Source of the DNA: Ostreococcus lucimarinus
Lineage: Eukaryota
Reading direction: 5' to 3' (one strand)
NCBI GenBank assembly: GCA_000092065.1
Contig: CP000589.1
DNA length: 64,000 nucleotides
Part shown: positions 1 through 10,790 of the stretch, piece by piece
Position numbering within the stretch: position 1 is the stretch's first letter
How the letters are laid out: each line of letters opens with the position of its first letter
Made by a program: the position numbers and the translations under genes
The notes under the pieces: model-generated
What the model was told of the DNA's origin: nothing
The model's database searches: none
Seen by the model: only the letters and a program-made list of their open reading frames with translations

Positions 1-194
1 CCCTAAACCCTAAACCCTAAACCCTAAACCCTAAACCCTAAACCCTAAACCCTAAACCCTAAACCCTAAACCCTAAACCCTAAACCCTAAACCCTAAACC
101 CTAAACCCTAAACCCTAAACCCTAAACCCTAAACCCTAAACCCTAAACCCTAAACCCTAAACCCTAAACCCTAAACCCTAAACCCTAAACCCTA
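1..194. repeat. Telomeric repeat array (CCCTAAA)n, about 27 units; C-rich strand of a TTTAGGG-type telomere, i.e. the left chromosome end
   Basis: Perfect 7-mer tandem array starts at base 1 and ends at 'ccctacgcatg'. CCCTAAA at the 5' end of the + strand matches a chromosome terminus. Confidence 0.95.
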
Positions 195-352
195 CGCATG
201 AGGGAGGGAGGCGCTTCGGGAGAAGTGCCGTAACCGACCGACTAGCTAATACTTATTACACCTAAAGTCCTAGGTTCTCTGGGTCGTACTAAACCCGAAA
301 AGTCACGATCATTCGCATCCTTCCTGTGCACCTTCACGACGCCCTACGGCCA

Positions 353-1018
353 TCACTCGTCGACCAGCACGGCACCGCAGACTTCCCCCTCGACGCTCCG
401 GACGGCTCCGGACTCTTGCGTCAAAGTGCCTTCTTCAGTGTTCGTGTTGGACGACAAACGACCAGTCGTAGTTTGTCCTCTGTGAAAATAATGGGACCCG
501 AAGCCCTCCTCTTGCGTGACACACAGTCGATTTGAGTGGAAAGCCTGCGGAGGCGCCTTTATGCCGCAAGCTTTCTCACACAAATTTCTTCGTTGCCATC
601 TCGAGCCGTGAAGTCTTTCCAAGATGGGTCCTCTGCTTTCCATGTCGAAGCGACAGTTCTGCAAGTAAACCCCCAAAATGTTCAGGTGTCTCGTCTGAAT
701 CGCCGCCAAAATTTTCCTCACTCTCCAGGCCGCTGTGCGCTCGTCTCTCACATAATGGCCAACGATTCTTCGAATGAAACTCAACGCTTCTCCACCTATC
801 TCACCGTACCAACCAATTGCAAAAGGCACGAATTCGCTCGTCAAGCCGTCCAAGGGAACGAAGTTCGCCCATGCGGGCGAGTTTCTCTTCTTCTCTTCCG
901 CGCTCTCAAGGTGGTCGTCAACTGCCAGAATGTTTGTGCCCTGGCGAGTGAGTGGCGCCTGGTTGGTGAGGTCGAACACAATCTTGACGTTGTCGTCGAA
1001 AGCGTTGTCGATGACCAT
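353..1018 (-). CDS. Subtelomeric ORF, hypothetical protein (221 aa), possibly a gene relic; local GC clearly lower than the window average
   Basis: ORF track; no recognisable motif; composition shift relative to downstream genes. Confidence 0.2.
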   Translation of the reverse strand: MVIDNAFDDNVKIVFDLTNQAPLTRQGTNILAVDDHLESAEEKKRNSPAWANFVPLDGLTSEFVPFAIGWYGEIGGEALSFIRRIVGHYVRDERTAAWRVRKILAAIQTRHLNILGVYLQNCRFDMESRGPILERLHGSRWQRRNLCEKACGIKAPPQAFHSNRLCVTQEEGFGSHYFHRGQTTTGRLSSNTNTEEGTLTQESGAVRSVEGEVCGAVLVDE

Positions 1019-1059
1019 GTCTGGTCAAAAAAAGCTTTTACAAATACCTGAGCCTGGAA

Positions 1060-2097
1060 TTGAGCCCCCCTACGTTCCCGACATTCCGAAATAACAGCGA
1101 TCCGCAAATGTTATGGGTTCTTTCCGGCGCGTCGACGTTTGGCGTCAGGTCGTTGGCCGAGGCCGTTACAGCGCAGCGCGCTAGACGCGTGGACGCGGCG
1201 TCCATGCGGTCGACGGCGAGGCGCGAGTGTCGTGGTGAGGACAGCGCGACGACGCGCGACGACGATGCACAAGCGCGCGGACTGGCGATGCTTGCAGACA
1301 CGCGAAAGACGGCCGGCAGTAGTCGCGAAGCGCTACGTTCGAGCATCGTCGCGCGCTTCAGCGAGGATGAGAGCCTCATGGAAACTTTCGGGCCCGTGCT
1401 CTCGATTGTCGACGCGCTCGAACGGATGTACGAGGAATATTCCGTCACGTCAACGAGTGGGACGCTTAGGATCAGAGCGCTCGGCGCCTCGGACGCGTTC
1501 GAGCTCGCCCGCTGGCGCACGTTCGCCGCGCTCGCTGTGCTGCTCGAGAACTGCGAACGCGTCGAAGTCGAGTTCATCGGTCCGACTTTGCGACGCCTTT
1601 ATCCAGGTGTGGTGTGTGAAGCGACGTCGACAGATGGTTCCGGGCGGCTGCGCATTCAGGCAATTCGTGGCTTGTATCCCGAAGTCAGCGATGTCGCGTC
1701 AGCGTCGGCATCTGAAGCAGCAGCTTACGACGTCGTCGTCGCGTTTAACGCGGGATTGCCAGTGGGCGGCGACTGGGCGCGCGCTATTGAGCGAATCGTC
1801 AGTGAGCACGTCGATGCGTTTGCAGCTAACGCACCATCGTTAGGAAACGTCGCGCCTCCTTTTTGGGTGAGCGATTACAACGAAGAAGCGATAGACATAG
1901 CCTTTGCGTTTCTTCGGCACGTCGTCCAACGTGTTCTCGAATCTCGAAACGTTGACTCGCGCGCCGAAGCTATTTATTTGGAGCCGTACTCGAACGCTGC
2001 ATACCAGTCGCGTAAACGTATAAGTTCTTGTACGGTACCGACGCACGCGAATGCTTACGCGTGCGCGTTCGTCGGCTTGTCGCGATTAGAAGAATAG
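1060..2097 (+). CDS. Hypothetical protein (345 aa)
   Basis: Long ORF with host-like GC3-rich codon usage; no family recognised. Confidence 0.35.
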   Translation: MSPPTFPTFRNNSDPQMLWVLSGASTFGVRSLAEAVTAQRARRVDAASMRSTARRECRGEDSATTRDDDAQARGLAMLADTRKTAGSSREALRSSIVARFSEDESLMETFGPVLSIVDALERMYEEYSVTSTSGTLRIRALGASDAFELARWRTFAALAVLLENCERVEVEFIGPTLRRLYPGVVCEATSTDGSGRLRIQAIRGLYPEVSDVASASASEAAAYDVVVAFNAGLPVGGDWARAIERIVSEHVDAFAANAPSLGNVAPPFWVSDYNEEAIDIAFAFLRHVVQRVLESRNVDSRAEAIYLEPYSNAAYQSRKRISSCTVPTHANAYACAFVGLSRLEE

Positions 2098-2157
2098 AAC
2101 GTAGCAAACCATGTAGCTGACGCGACTTGAGTGGAGAAATTTGACTAAACGCTAGAG

Positions 2158-3726
2158 CTAAGGTTTATGGTTTGCGAACTCGAGCTCCAGCTGGCGCGCC
2201 TTGAGCCAGTCGGCGACGTCGTTGAAGCCTTCCACGAGAGCTAAACCCGCCGGATCGTATCCCTCCGCGTCGGGTTGGGCGTGGTCTCGCGTTAGACCCA
2301 GACTCGGCGTATCTAAGAGCCACTCGCACACGTCTCGATTTCCACGCTGTGCGGCTTTGTGTAAACAGCTATGACCGTTGGCGTTGATCAAATTGAAACG
2401 CACGCCGAGTGAGGCGAGATATTCGCAACACTCGACGCCACCGGCGCCCATGGCGGTCCAGCACGCGACGTTACAACCGTAATCGTTGCACGACTTGTAA
2501 TCGCACTCGGCGCGTTCAACGAGCTGGCGCATGACGGCGAGATGACCTTGCCAACAAGCCCACGCGAAAGCGGTGGATCCGTCTTCAGTGGTGCTGTTCG
2601 GATCGACGCCGCGCGAAAGCAGATATTCCACCACCTCGACGTGGCCGTTTCGCGCCGCCCAGTGCAAGGCGCTTCGACCGGCGTACGAGCGCCGTCCGCT
2701 CTGGACGGAGGTTTGAGGATTCATACAGCATTTTTCGACGAGAAACTCGACGCACTCGACGTGCCCGGCGCCCGCGGCCCAAAGCAACGCGTTGGAACCG
2801 TGCTTATCGACGGCGTCCTTCGAGCGTGGATCCCATCCATCGCGCGAAACGAGCGAGCGTAAGAGATTCAAATCGCCTCGCCGCGCGGCTTCAAGTCCGG
2901 GCAAAGGCAGTGCTTTGACGCGCTTCGCCGCGATCAGGGCATCCATGACAGTGGCGTCGCCGCGGCGGGCCGCCGCCATCGCCTCGCGCAAATCGTCCTC
3001 CCGCGACGCTTTTTTCGTCTTATTATCCAAATACGCCGCGTCTCCGTTCGTGAGGTCCGACCTCGATCCCGAGGTCGACATCGCCACGAGCGCGTTTCGC
3101 TCTCTCTCCACCGCGTCCATGGCTTCCTGGTGTAAATCGTTATGCCTCGTCTTTCGATGCCACCACAAACCGCGTTCGCCGCCGGAGATAAATTTTCCGC
3201 ATTTATCGCACATCGCCGATCCCGCGTCACGCAGCTCGGCATATCGCTCTAACGTGCATATGGTGATCATCCCGCTGTCACCGCCGTCGTGCACGCGCAC
3301 GGCGGCGAAATGCTTTGACGCGAACGCGTTTGGTATGAGCTCCGTCGCCGCCGTGGCGAGCGATTTGGCCGTGTGTTCACGTTCGACGCCCATGGGCGAG
3401 ACGCACGTCACCGTGGTGGACGCATAACGACCGCTCTGCGCGCGTAGGGCGTGAAACAGCGCGTTCGCGGCTCCGCATTCGACGTCGCCGCCGGGGAGCT
3501 TCTTCGACACCCGAACGAGACGACGTTCGTCGAGACTCGCGAGAACGTCGCGCGCCGTGCTCTCGATCTCCGTGAGCGCGTCGAGTAACACATTTTTGAT
3601 ATCCTCAAGCGGTGGCATCGCCGCACACACACGGTGTGCGCGACGATGTGACGATGTTGTCGCGCTTGGCGCGGGGACGACGAGAAGCGCGACTCGCGAT
3701 GGCTTCACACTCGGTTTTGTCGACAA
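2158..3726 (-). CDS. Ankyrin-repeat protein with a C2H2-type zinc finger upstream of the repeats
   Basis: Several ankyrin consensus repeats (e.g. GSNALLWAAGAGHVECVEFLVEK, GRSALHWAARNGHVEVVEYLLSRGVDPN). Finger-like motif CDKCGKF..x12..HRKTRH. Confidence 0.7.
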   Translation of the reverse strand: MSTKPSVKPSRVALLVVPAPSATTSSHRRAHRVCAAMPPLEDIKNVLLDALTEIESTARDVLASLDERRLVRVSKKLPGGDVECGAANALFHALRAQSGRYASTTVTCVSPMGVEREHTAKSLATAATELIPNAFASKHFAAVRVHDGGDSGMITICTLERYAELRDAGSAMCDKCGKFISGGERGLWWHRKTRHNDLHQEAMDAVERERNALVAMSTSGSRSDLTNGDAAYLDNKTKKASREDDLREAMAAARRGDATVMDALIAAKRVKALPLPGLEAARRGDLNLLRSLVSRDGWDPRSKDAVDKHGSNALLWAAGAGHVECVEFLVEKCCMNPQTSVQSGRRSYAGRSALHWAARNGHVEVVEYLLSRGVDPNSTTEDGSTAFAWACWQGHLAVMRQLVERAECDYKSCNDYGCNVACWTAMGAGGVECCEYLASLGVRFNLINANGHSCLHKAAQRGNRDVCEWLLDTPSLGLTRDHAQPDAEGYDPAGLALVEGFNDVADWLKARQLELEFANHKP

Positions 3727-3746
3727 TCTATCTCATCTATCGCACG

Positions 3747-4742
3747 TCACGTCTCGACTTTAACTTTCCCGTTCCCGTGACGGCGCTGCCATGCGCAAAA
3801 TGATTGTAGGTTGCAATCTTTTGGTTTACGTCGGACGTCGCCACGGGCAAAAATCTCAAACGAATCCACTCCAAACTCGCCGATACCGTAAATTTTCAAC
3901 TCGGGCTCGAGTCCGACTTCAAACTCGCCAGTTTCCAATAGAAACTTCGTGGACACCTCCACGATCGTCCGCATCCTCCCGGGGAACAAGCCGAGGCGCT
4001 TGATGATTTCGAACACGTCCTGCGAATCCGCCGCGAGCGCCGCGCTCGGCGTCGGGAATTTCGCGAAAAAGTTTGATATGCATTCGTGTTTGAGAGCACC
4101 GCTCGCGACGCGCGACATCAGAGCACACGCGATCAGCAACTGCCACGCGTCATGCGCGTAATACTCTTGCAACAATTGCATGGGTGACGGCGGCGGAGGC
4201 GTTCCTAATCGAGACATCGTCCACGCCTTCCAATCGCTCACAGAACGCGCGGACGGTACGCTGTCTCCCCAACGCGCCACGGCGTCGCGGCGCCACGCCT
4301 CGTCTTTCGCTGACTTTTCGACAAAAGAATTGGCAACGTCCGCACGCGTGGCGAGTAACTTTTCTCGCGCTTCTGCGAGCCATTCTCTCGACGTCGCCAC
4401 GACGTCCTTTGCCAACTCGTCGTCGTCCAACTCGGCGTCGACGCTCGCGCGCTTCCTCGCCCGACCGTTTTCGTTTTCCTCGTCCTCATCGAGCAAGGCG
4501 TCGATGGTCGATCCATCGTACTCGGCCTTCACACCGACGACCCTGGACGACCGCCTCGTCGGCTCGCTCGGCTCTTCGCGCTTCACTCTTTTCCGTGACG
4601 TAGTGCTAATCTTCCGCGACGACATCTTGTTTCGAATGTCATCCGCGAGTGCGTTCACACCCAAGCGAGCCATGTACTCGCGGTTTCGCTGAACGTGCGC
4701 TAATCGCTGGCGCTCATACTCTGTGAGGTTCTCGTCCGGCAT
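3747..4742 (-). CDS. MBD4: HhH-GPD DNA glycosylase, MBD4-like glycosylase domain
   Basis: C-terminal region aligns by eye with the MBD4 glycosylase core: WQLLIACALMSR..LFPGRMRTIVEVSTKFL..LKIYGIGEFGVDSFEIF. N-terminus is acidic and low-complexity. Confidence 0.6.
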   Translation of the reverse strand: MPDENLTEYERQRLAHVQRNREYMARLGVNALADDIRNKMSSRKISTTSRKRVKREEPSEPTRRSSRVVGVKAEYDGSTIDALLDEDEENENGRARKRASVDAELDDDELAKDVVATSREWLAEAREKLLATRADVANSFVEKSAKDEAWRRDAVARWGDSVPSARSVSDWKAWTMSRLGTPPPPSPMQLLQEYYAHDAWQLLIACALMSRVASGALKHECISNFFAKFPTPSAALAADSQDVFEIIKRLGLFPGRMRTIVEVSTKFLLETGEFEVGLEPELKIYGIGEFGVDSFEIFARGDVRRKPKDCNLQSFCAWQRRHGNGKVKVET

Positions 4743-4914
4743 GGTCGCGCGCGTCGCGAGTCGCGCACTGAAGACTGTTGTGGGACACCTTAACGCCGAG
4801 TGGGGCGTCGTAGCGCCGAGTGAGCGCCGATCGCTCGCCGTGGACGCGCGAGCGTAAAAGACTAATGTGTGATGTGTGCTGACAACCGATGAACAATCTA
4901 GGCATGCTGCGCGA

Positions 4915-5736
4915 CTACACGATGCGCTCGAGTTCCTTGGCGTAGAGCAACGTTTGATTTATCAGAGCGGCCGCCGGGATGTCCCTGGCGCTCGCTGGCG
5001 CGACTTCTTCGTTGAAAACCACGCCTCCGTTGGCGTCCATCGTCCAGTCACGCGCGTTTGCGTATTTTTCAAACTCTTGAGCGTTTGCGAATCCTAACAA
5101 TTTCATCGCCTCTGCGCCCGTAAGCGAGCCGTACGCGCTCTCGGCGCAACTCGCAATTTCGTCTCGCACCGTGTTCATCAACATCGACATGAAATACTCG
5201 TAGCTCGGATCTGGTAGCGCGTTTTGTCGCTGCGCAATCTTGTTATACGCCCCCTCCATCAAAAACTGTTCGAGCTCCAACACCGCTTGCACGCGTTGAT
5301 CTTTCAAGACGTCGTCGTCCGTCGTCTCAAGCTCGGCGTGAAACTCGGCGATGCGGTTCTGAACCAGCAACCGCAACAGGTTTAACCCGACGATGAGCGC
5401 CTCATTTTGCGAACGCTCGATGGGTTGCTTGCAAGGCGCGCGCTTGCAGGCGTCGTAAGCAGCTTTCGCCTGCGAGGCGTGTCGCTCAAAGCTCTCCTCG
5501 TCTCGCGTCGCCGCGCTGATCATGACCCCGTGTTCCGCCGCCTCGCGCCTCAGCCGGAGCTCGTCTTCTTCGTTTCCTACGAACGTCGTCGCCGCGTGCA
5601 CTTTGAAATCGTCCAAACGTTCCAGCGCCGTGGCGTGATCGTTCGTCGCGATCGCAGCCTGGATTTGCTTGATTAAATCTTTGCCGTGCGCGACGGACGT
5701 CGACGACGACGTGGACGCTCTGCGCGTGCCCACCAT
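4915..5736 (-). CDS. RPN12: 26S proteasome regulatory subunit RPN12 (PSMD8), PCI domain
   Basis: 273 aa. LVGLNLLRLLVQNRIAEFHAELE and the C-terminal PCI-like region are typical of Rpn12/CSN8. Confidence 0.7.
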   Translation of the reverse strand: MVGTRRASTSSSTSVAHGKDLIKQIQAAIATNDHATALERLDDFKVHAATTFVGNEEDELRLRREAAEHGVMISAATRDEESFERHASQAKAAYDACKRAPCKQPIERSQNEALIVGLNLLRLLVQNRIAEFHAELETTDDDVLKDQRVQAVLELEQFLMEGAYNKIAQRQNALPDPSYEYFMSMLMNTVRDEIASCAESAYGSLTGAEAMKLLGFANAQEFEKYANARDWTMDANGGVVFNEEVAPASARDIPAAALINQTLLYAKELERIV

Positions 5737-5902
5737 GACGTGTCTGAGTATTAGTTGGTTCGTCTGCGACGACGCGTGCGCGCGCGTTGCGGTGTGACCA
5801 CGCCGAGTTTGTGCGAGGAGACTGGGTTGACTTTTTTACTCTACGGCGAGCCGTCCGTCGTGAGAGAAAGCGTTTACATTAAAATAGCCATCTAATCAGC
5901 AA

Positions 5903-8900
5903 CTACTCCGCGCTCGCGGACGGAGACTGCTCTTTCTTCAATCTCTTGATCGCTTCGGCGATGTTGATGCCACCAAGCGCGGCGGTCAGCGTCTGGGCGG
6001 CGAGCGCGGCGGCGTCGACGTCCTTCTTCGACAGGAATGGAGGCGGCTCTGTCTGCCCGGCGATCGTCACGCTGGTGAAGATCTCGCCTTCGCTCAAGCC
6101 GAGACGATCGTAAACTTCTTGAAGATCGTCCACGGTCATCGCGTCGTACATGAGGGGTAAATCAGCGACGCACTGAATCTTCTTCAGCGGCGCTAAATCT
6201 GGAGTGTTGGTGCACTGCATCAAATCGGCCCAGTAGTTGTTCGTCTTCAAATCCATCTCATGACGACTCAACAGCGTTAAACGCGCGCGATCGACCTCGC
6301 GTTGGCTCACGCGCTGCATCTGAAATCCACGCAACACGCGCACGCCGGCGTTGAGAGCTTCATCAATTTTTTCCGGCGTCGACGTCACCAACAACCTGTA
6401 CGTCGTCGCGTCGTTGTTTTGTAATCCAAACGACATTGTAAAGTTGCAGTCGTACGTCAGACCCAACGCGTCGCGCACCGTTGTGAACAATCTACCACCG
6501 ATAACTTCTGCGAGCATCATCCCCGCGCAATACGTCGCCAAAGAATTCGCGCGTCGCGCAGACTGCTGTGCGAATGGGTTCCCCTTCGCCGACGCCACCT
6601 CGTTCACGGGATCGCGCAAGGCTGCAATCTGTTCCGGCGTGTACGCGTCTTGATTGACAAAGCTCGGAATTTCAGAGTACAGACTCGTCATCGGCGCCCA
6701 CATGGATGGCCCCGGTCCGGCGGCCACCGCGCACGCTCTTTCGTCGCTGTCCTTCAACCACAACCGCTGCGCGCGCACCGGATCATCCTTTGGCACCTCT
6801 TTCAATTTCAGCGGGGGCACTTGCGGCAACGGCGGCGCGGGCTTGGTCTGAATCGATCCCATAAACGCGAGAACCATTTCGTCGACTTCTTCGGGGATGA
6901 TGTCGCCGACGATGTTGAGTTCCAAAGCCCCGCTCGCGAATTGAGCTTCGATCATGTCTCGAACGCCATCCAGCGTCAGCGCCTGGAGTGCCTCCTTGTT
7001 CGGGTCCATGATTCTTCGGTCTTCGTAAATCACGGCGTTGACGGTGTCATGCGTGAGCAACTCGATGTTCTTGTTCGTGTTAATCTGAAACATGCGGTAA
7101 ATGTCCTTGACGCGCTCGAGCGCTTGCTCGTCCCACGTCGGCTTCGTCAGCGTGAGGTGCATGATCTCGAGAATAGTCCTCAAGCCTCCATCCGTGGCGA
7201 ACGCGGAATCCAAAAACATGTACTCGACCTCGGGCTCGACGTCGTACACGAGCAAGTGTTGCATCGTCAAGAGCTCGATTTGCTTGCGCGACCATTCGCC
7301 GACGTCGCCAGCCTCTTGCACGGTGCGCAAACCGACCGCCGACGAACCGATTCCGCCGGGCCCGATGTTCGGGCTCTCAACCGAACGACCACCCGGGACG
7401 ACGAGTCGTAAGAACGCGCTCCCAGGCTCGGCGTCGAGCACCTTGTAGTTGACGCGAATACCGTTACTCAGCGTGCGCTGGTACACGCCGGTCGGCTCGT
7501 GATACGTCGCCTCGGTAAACGTCGGCGCCGTTTGCTCGATGAGGGCGTTGATTTCGTCATCCGCAATCAACACCTCCGGCACAAAGATATCCTCGGGCTC
7601 TGTGATTTCACCGTAATCCGCCGCCAAAACTTGTTCTATGCGCTCGGGCGTGATATCGAACGGCACCGTCTCGCCGTCGACGTTCGTCATCGTCGCTGGG
7701 ACGCACGCGACGATGGCGGTGCACTTACCGCTGTTCGGTTTGCGATTGTTCTCCACGCCGTACTCACCGATAAAACCTAAAAGCTCATCGCACGCGCCGT
7801 TGCACGCCTCGAGCGTGATGTAATCAGACATGCGCACCAAGGCCTCGTGACCCGCGACCTGGTCCATGACGACGTGTCCGCAGGCGTCCTGCTCCATGAC
7901 AAAGTCGAGATTTTCGAGGCTCGGCACGCATCCCGCCTGCTGCGCGAGCTGTTCAGAATCTCTCAACATCGCCGCCTTAAAACGATCGAGCTCGCTCGGC
8001 GTCAATCCAAACTTTTGCAATCGTCGAGATTCCTCGACGGCGACTTGCAAGGCGAATTCGTACTCTCTCGGCTCGCACGTCACGGTGACGGTGCTGACGC
8101 AACACCCCTCTCTCGCGCTGTCGCTATGATCGAGTTCAATGCGTTTGTAATCCGCATTAGTTTCCGCGTATCTCGCCTGAATGCGGCTCTGCAACACCAA
8201 CAACACAATGCGCTGCAAAATCGTCCGGTGCAAGTCGCCCATCTTTTCGAGCGGCTTGACGGCCAATTTTGAAAATATGTTGAAACTCGCGTTGGACAAG
8301 TGTTCGTGCTGGAACATGGACACTTTACCCTCGGGGGCGACGAAAGGCAAGAACGGGTCGTCTTTGCCCGACGCCTTCGCCTCGTCGTTCGAGCGTTGAA
8401 TTTCGTCGAGCTCGTACGACGGCGCCCCGTACGCGTGCTTCACCGGAGGACGCACCGCGTGACGTTTGAGAGGAGACTCGGCTTCTTCCGCGCCTTCCGC
8501 GGGCGCCGCTTCGTCGAACGCGGCGGAAATCATACCCTCGACTTCGTCCACGGAGGCATCGAAGTCGCCCACGACGTAGAGCGTGGCGTTGGCTGGGAAA
8601 TACCAGCGCGCGTGAAAGTCTCGCACCGCCTGCGCCGGCCACGCTTCCACCTGATCGAGCTTACCGATCGGAAATCGCGTGCCCAAGAGGTTGTCCCAGT
8701 GCAAATGCTCTAGAAGCTGACAGTCCACTCTGTACTCGATCGTGTTCATCATTTGAGCCTCGGCGAGCACGGCTTTCTTCTCCTTCGCCACGCGAGTGTC
8801 CAAGAGTTGCGGCGCAAACGCGACGTCGTAGAGAATGTCCAGCACGTTGGGCGGCATGTAATGTCCATCCTTGTTCGTCGTCGGTGCGTGGATGTGGAAC

Positions 8901-9400
8901 ACGGTGTGGTGGAAATCCGTGTACGCGTTCCCTCGCGTACCGCTCCCGAGCCACTGATCTCGTTTTCGAGAACCCAAAAACGTGACGTGCTCGACGAGGT
9001 GCGCCAGCCCTTGCTCGTCTTCGCGTTCGTCCACGGACCCGACGTGCATCTCCAAGTGCGCCTCAAATCTCCCCTCGGGAACTTTGTTCGGTAAGATGAC
9101 GTACTTCAACCCATTCGCGAGCGTTCCTCGACGAATCTCTTCGTGCGGCGTCAAAGGCTCGTCCAGCATCGCCGTCGTCGCCGCGGGATCGGCGACGGAT
9201 GACAGCGTCTGCATCGCGCGATCCCATCGCCCCGGCCCACCGTTCGTCGACGACGCGTTCGCGCGCACGACGCGCGCGCACCGTCGCCCTCGCGTCGCCC
9301 GTTTCGTCGTCGTCGCCGTCCGTCCACGCCGACGATGCGGCGTCACGATTCCTCGCGCGTTCGCGCTCGCGCGCCCGCTCGCGGAGACGCGCGACGCCAT
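5903..9400 (-). CDS. SPP: Stromal processing peptidase-like M16 metallopeptidase (pitrilysin family) with N-terminal transit peptide
   Basis: Inverted zinc motif HLVEHVTFLGSRKR plus GTRGNAYTDFHHTVFHIH, matching plant SPP. About 1160 aa if started at the Met whose codon is at 9400-9398. The ORF track runs to 9874, but that extension reads through a simple repeat. Confidence 0.8.
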   Translation of the reverse strand: MASRVSASGRASANARGIVTPHRRRGRTATTTKRATRGRRCARVVRANASSTNGGPGRWDRAMQTLSSVADPAATTAMLDEPLTPHEEIRRGTLANGLKYVILPNKVPEGRFEAHLEMHVGSVDEREDEQGLAHLVEHVTFLGSRKRDQWLGSGTRGNAYTDFHHTVFHIHAPTTNKDGHYMPPNVLDILYDVAFAPQLLDTRVAKEKKAVLAEAQMMNTIEYRVDCQLLEHLHWDNLLGTRFPIGKLDQVEAWPAQAVRDFHARWYFPANATLYVVGDFDASVDEVEGMISAAFDEAAPAEGAEEAESPLKRHAVRPPVKHAYGAPSYELDEIQRSNDEAKASGKDDPFLPFVAPEGKVSMFQHEHLSNASFNIFSKLAVKPLEKMGDLHRTILQRIVLLVLQSRIQARYAETNADYKRIELDHSDSAREGCCVSTVTVTCEPREYEFALQVAVEESRRLQKFGLTPSELDRFKAAMLRDSEQLAQQAGCVPSLENLDFVMEQDACGHVVMDQVAGHEALVRMSDYITLEACNGACDELLGFIGEYGVENNRKPNSGKCTAIVACVPATMTNVDGETVPFDITPERIEQVLAADYGEITEPEDIFVPEVLIADDEINALIEQTAPTFTEATYHEPTGVYQRTLSNGIRVNYKVLDAEPGSAFLRLVVPGGRSVESPNIGPGGIGSSAVGLRTVQEAGDVGEWSRKQIELLTMQHLLVYDVEPEVEYMFLDSAFATDGGLRTILEIMHLTLTKPTWDEQALERVKDIYRMFQINTNKNIELLTHDTVNAVIYEDRRIMDPNKEALQALTLDGVRDMIEAQFASGALELNIVGDIIPEEVDEMVLAFMGSIQTKPAPPLPQVPPLKLKEVPKDDPVRAQRLWLKDSDERACAVAAGPGPSMWAPMTSLYSEIPSFVNQDAYTPEQIAALRDPVNEVASAKGNPFAQQSARRANSLATYCAGMMLAEVIGGRLFTTVRDALGLTYDCNFTMSFGLQNNDATTYRLLVTSTPEKIDEALNAGVRVLRGFQMQRVSQREVDRARLTLLSRHEMDLKTNNYWADLMQCTNTPDLAPLKKIQCVADLPLMYDAMTVDDLQEVYDRLGLSEGEIFTSVTIAGQTEPPPFLSKKDVDAAALAAQTLTAALGGINIAEAIKRLKKEQSPSASAE

Positions 9401-9589
9401 GTCGATCCGGCCGTGCGCGCGCGCGTTCGTCGGGTCGTCCGATCGTCGGGACCGTCGTCGTCGAAGCGCGCGCGACGCCGGCGCCGGGGTCACGCCGCGC
9501 ACTGCGGAAGGGCGGACGATTGATTCGACGCCGCCCCTGGACCGCTGGACCCTGGGCGGGCGCGCGCGCGGGCGCGAGGGGGCTTGGCG

Positions 9590-9665
9590 CGCGGTCGATC
9601 GATCGATCGATCGGTCGATCGTTCGATCGATCGATCGATCGATCGACGTCCGTCGATCGACGCGC
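9590..9665. repeat. Simple tandem repeat (CGAT/TCGA)n, encodes IDRS-like units in several frames
   Basis: Visible cgatcgatcgatcggtcgatcgttcgatcgatcg array in the 5' leader of the SPP-like gene. Confidence 0.85.
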
Positions 9666-9781
9666 GATGGTTCGCGAAAAAACGAAATCGCCCTCGGCGA
9701 CCGCGCGCCGGCACTTCGCGACGACGCGTGCGGCGAGCGATGTTTAGCGTGACGTGCGCGCCGTCGGCGACGACGACGACG

Positions 9782-9868
9782 TCGTGCGCCGTGAAGGCGA
9801 CGGCGCGATCGCAAAGGGTGCGAACGATCGATCGACGCGACGCCGACGCGCGCGAACGCGTTCGAACG
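9782..9868. repeat. 87-bp perfect direct repeat, copy A (partner at 10791-10877)
   Basis: tcgtgcgccgtgaaggcgacggcgcgatcgcaaagggtgcgaacgatcgatcgacgcgacgccgacgcgcgcgaacgcgttcgaacg is identical at both sites by eye. Confidence 0.85.
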
Positions 9869-9991
9869 CTTCATCTGCGCGCTCGAGGTGCGCGATTTCG
9901 TCGACGCGATGCGGCGCGCGCGGAATCATCGCGAAGGCGCGTGTCGCGGCGCGATCGACCGGGCTCGACGCGAGACTGACGACGCGCGCGC

Positions 9992-10790
9992 GTGCGATCG
10001 GTGATTACGAAGGTTTTACTCTGGTCCGTGGTTCTCGTGCCCGGGCGAACGTCGGGGGCGTGGAACGACGCGGCGAGAGCGTACTACACGCGCGAGACGG
10101 TGCGTCAACGTTCGACGCGTTACGACATGGTTGGATTCCAGCAAATGATGCAATCTCTCGCCGAACGCAATCGACGAATCGCGCGCGAGCGCATCGAGTC
10201 ACTCGTGAACGAGTTCAGAGTCGAGTCCGAGGCCGCGAGTCGTAAGTTCATCTCTCAAGCCGAACAAGATTACGAAACGTTCGCGCGCGCCGCCGGGCGC
10301 CAAGCCGCCGAGCGTTCGCGAGAGTCCAAAACCATCGCCTCTCGCGTCGAAGCCCTCACTCGCACTTGTTGGTTCGTGTATTCGTTGATTTCCGCGGTGG
10401 GAATTTTCTTTCTCGGTGCTGGGTTTAGCGTGATGCACGGGATGCACGGGTTGATGGACCCGATGCCGTCTGAAAACATACGTATTGGGATCGCGGTGTT
10501 GGGCGCGTCGGCGTTGTTGGAAGGATTTTCGTTAAAGGTGGCGTACGAGTCGTTGCGCGACAACGCCAAGGCGCAAGGAATGACGCTGAGGGAATTTATC
10601 AAATCTGGTAAAGATCCCACCAGCGTGGCCGTGCTCGCAGAAGATGCTGCCGCGGTGTTGGGTTGTGGCATCGCGGGTACGGCGCTCATCGCGTGCGAAG
10701 TGACGGGGAGTCCGATGTACGACGCGATGGGCTCGATTGCTGTCGGTGGCCTTCTTGGGGTGACGGCAATGTACCTCATCAACAGTAACC
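9992..10790 (+). CDS. Zinc transporter ZnT9/SLC30A9-like cation-diffusion-facilitator fragment (TM3-TM6 only). Probably a truncated gene or pseudogene, or an internal exon.
   Basis: YSLISAVGIFFLGAGFSV..GMTLREFIKSGKDPTSVAVLAEDAAAVLG..SPMYDAMGSIAVGGLLGVTAMYLINSN aligns closely to the human SLC30A9 TM3-TM6 region. No TM1-2 upstream in frame and no C-terminal domain downstream; the ORF runs into the 87-bp repeat. Confidence 0.5.

Noticed and set aside
6650-7411. Long + strand ORFs (253 aa and others) overlapping the stromal processing peptidase gene
   Set aside because: Antisense to a well-supported gene. Arg/His-rich low-complexity translation typical of stop-poor frames in 65% GC DNA.
9590-9665. 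Possible CRISPR-like or other structured repeat (IDRSIDRS array)
   Set aside because: Just a (CGAT)n microsatellite without spacers, and a eukaryotic nuclear context. Not a CRISPR array.
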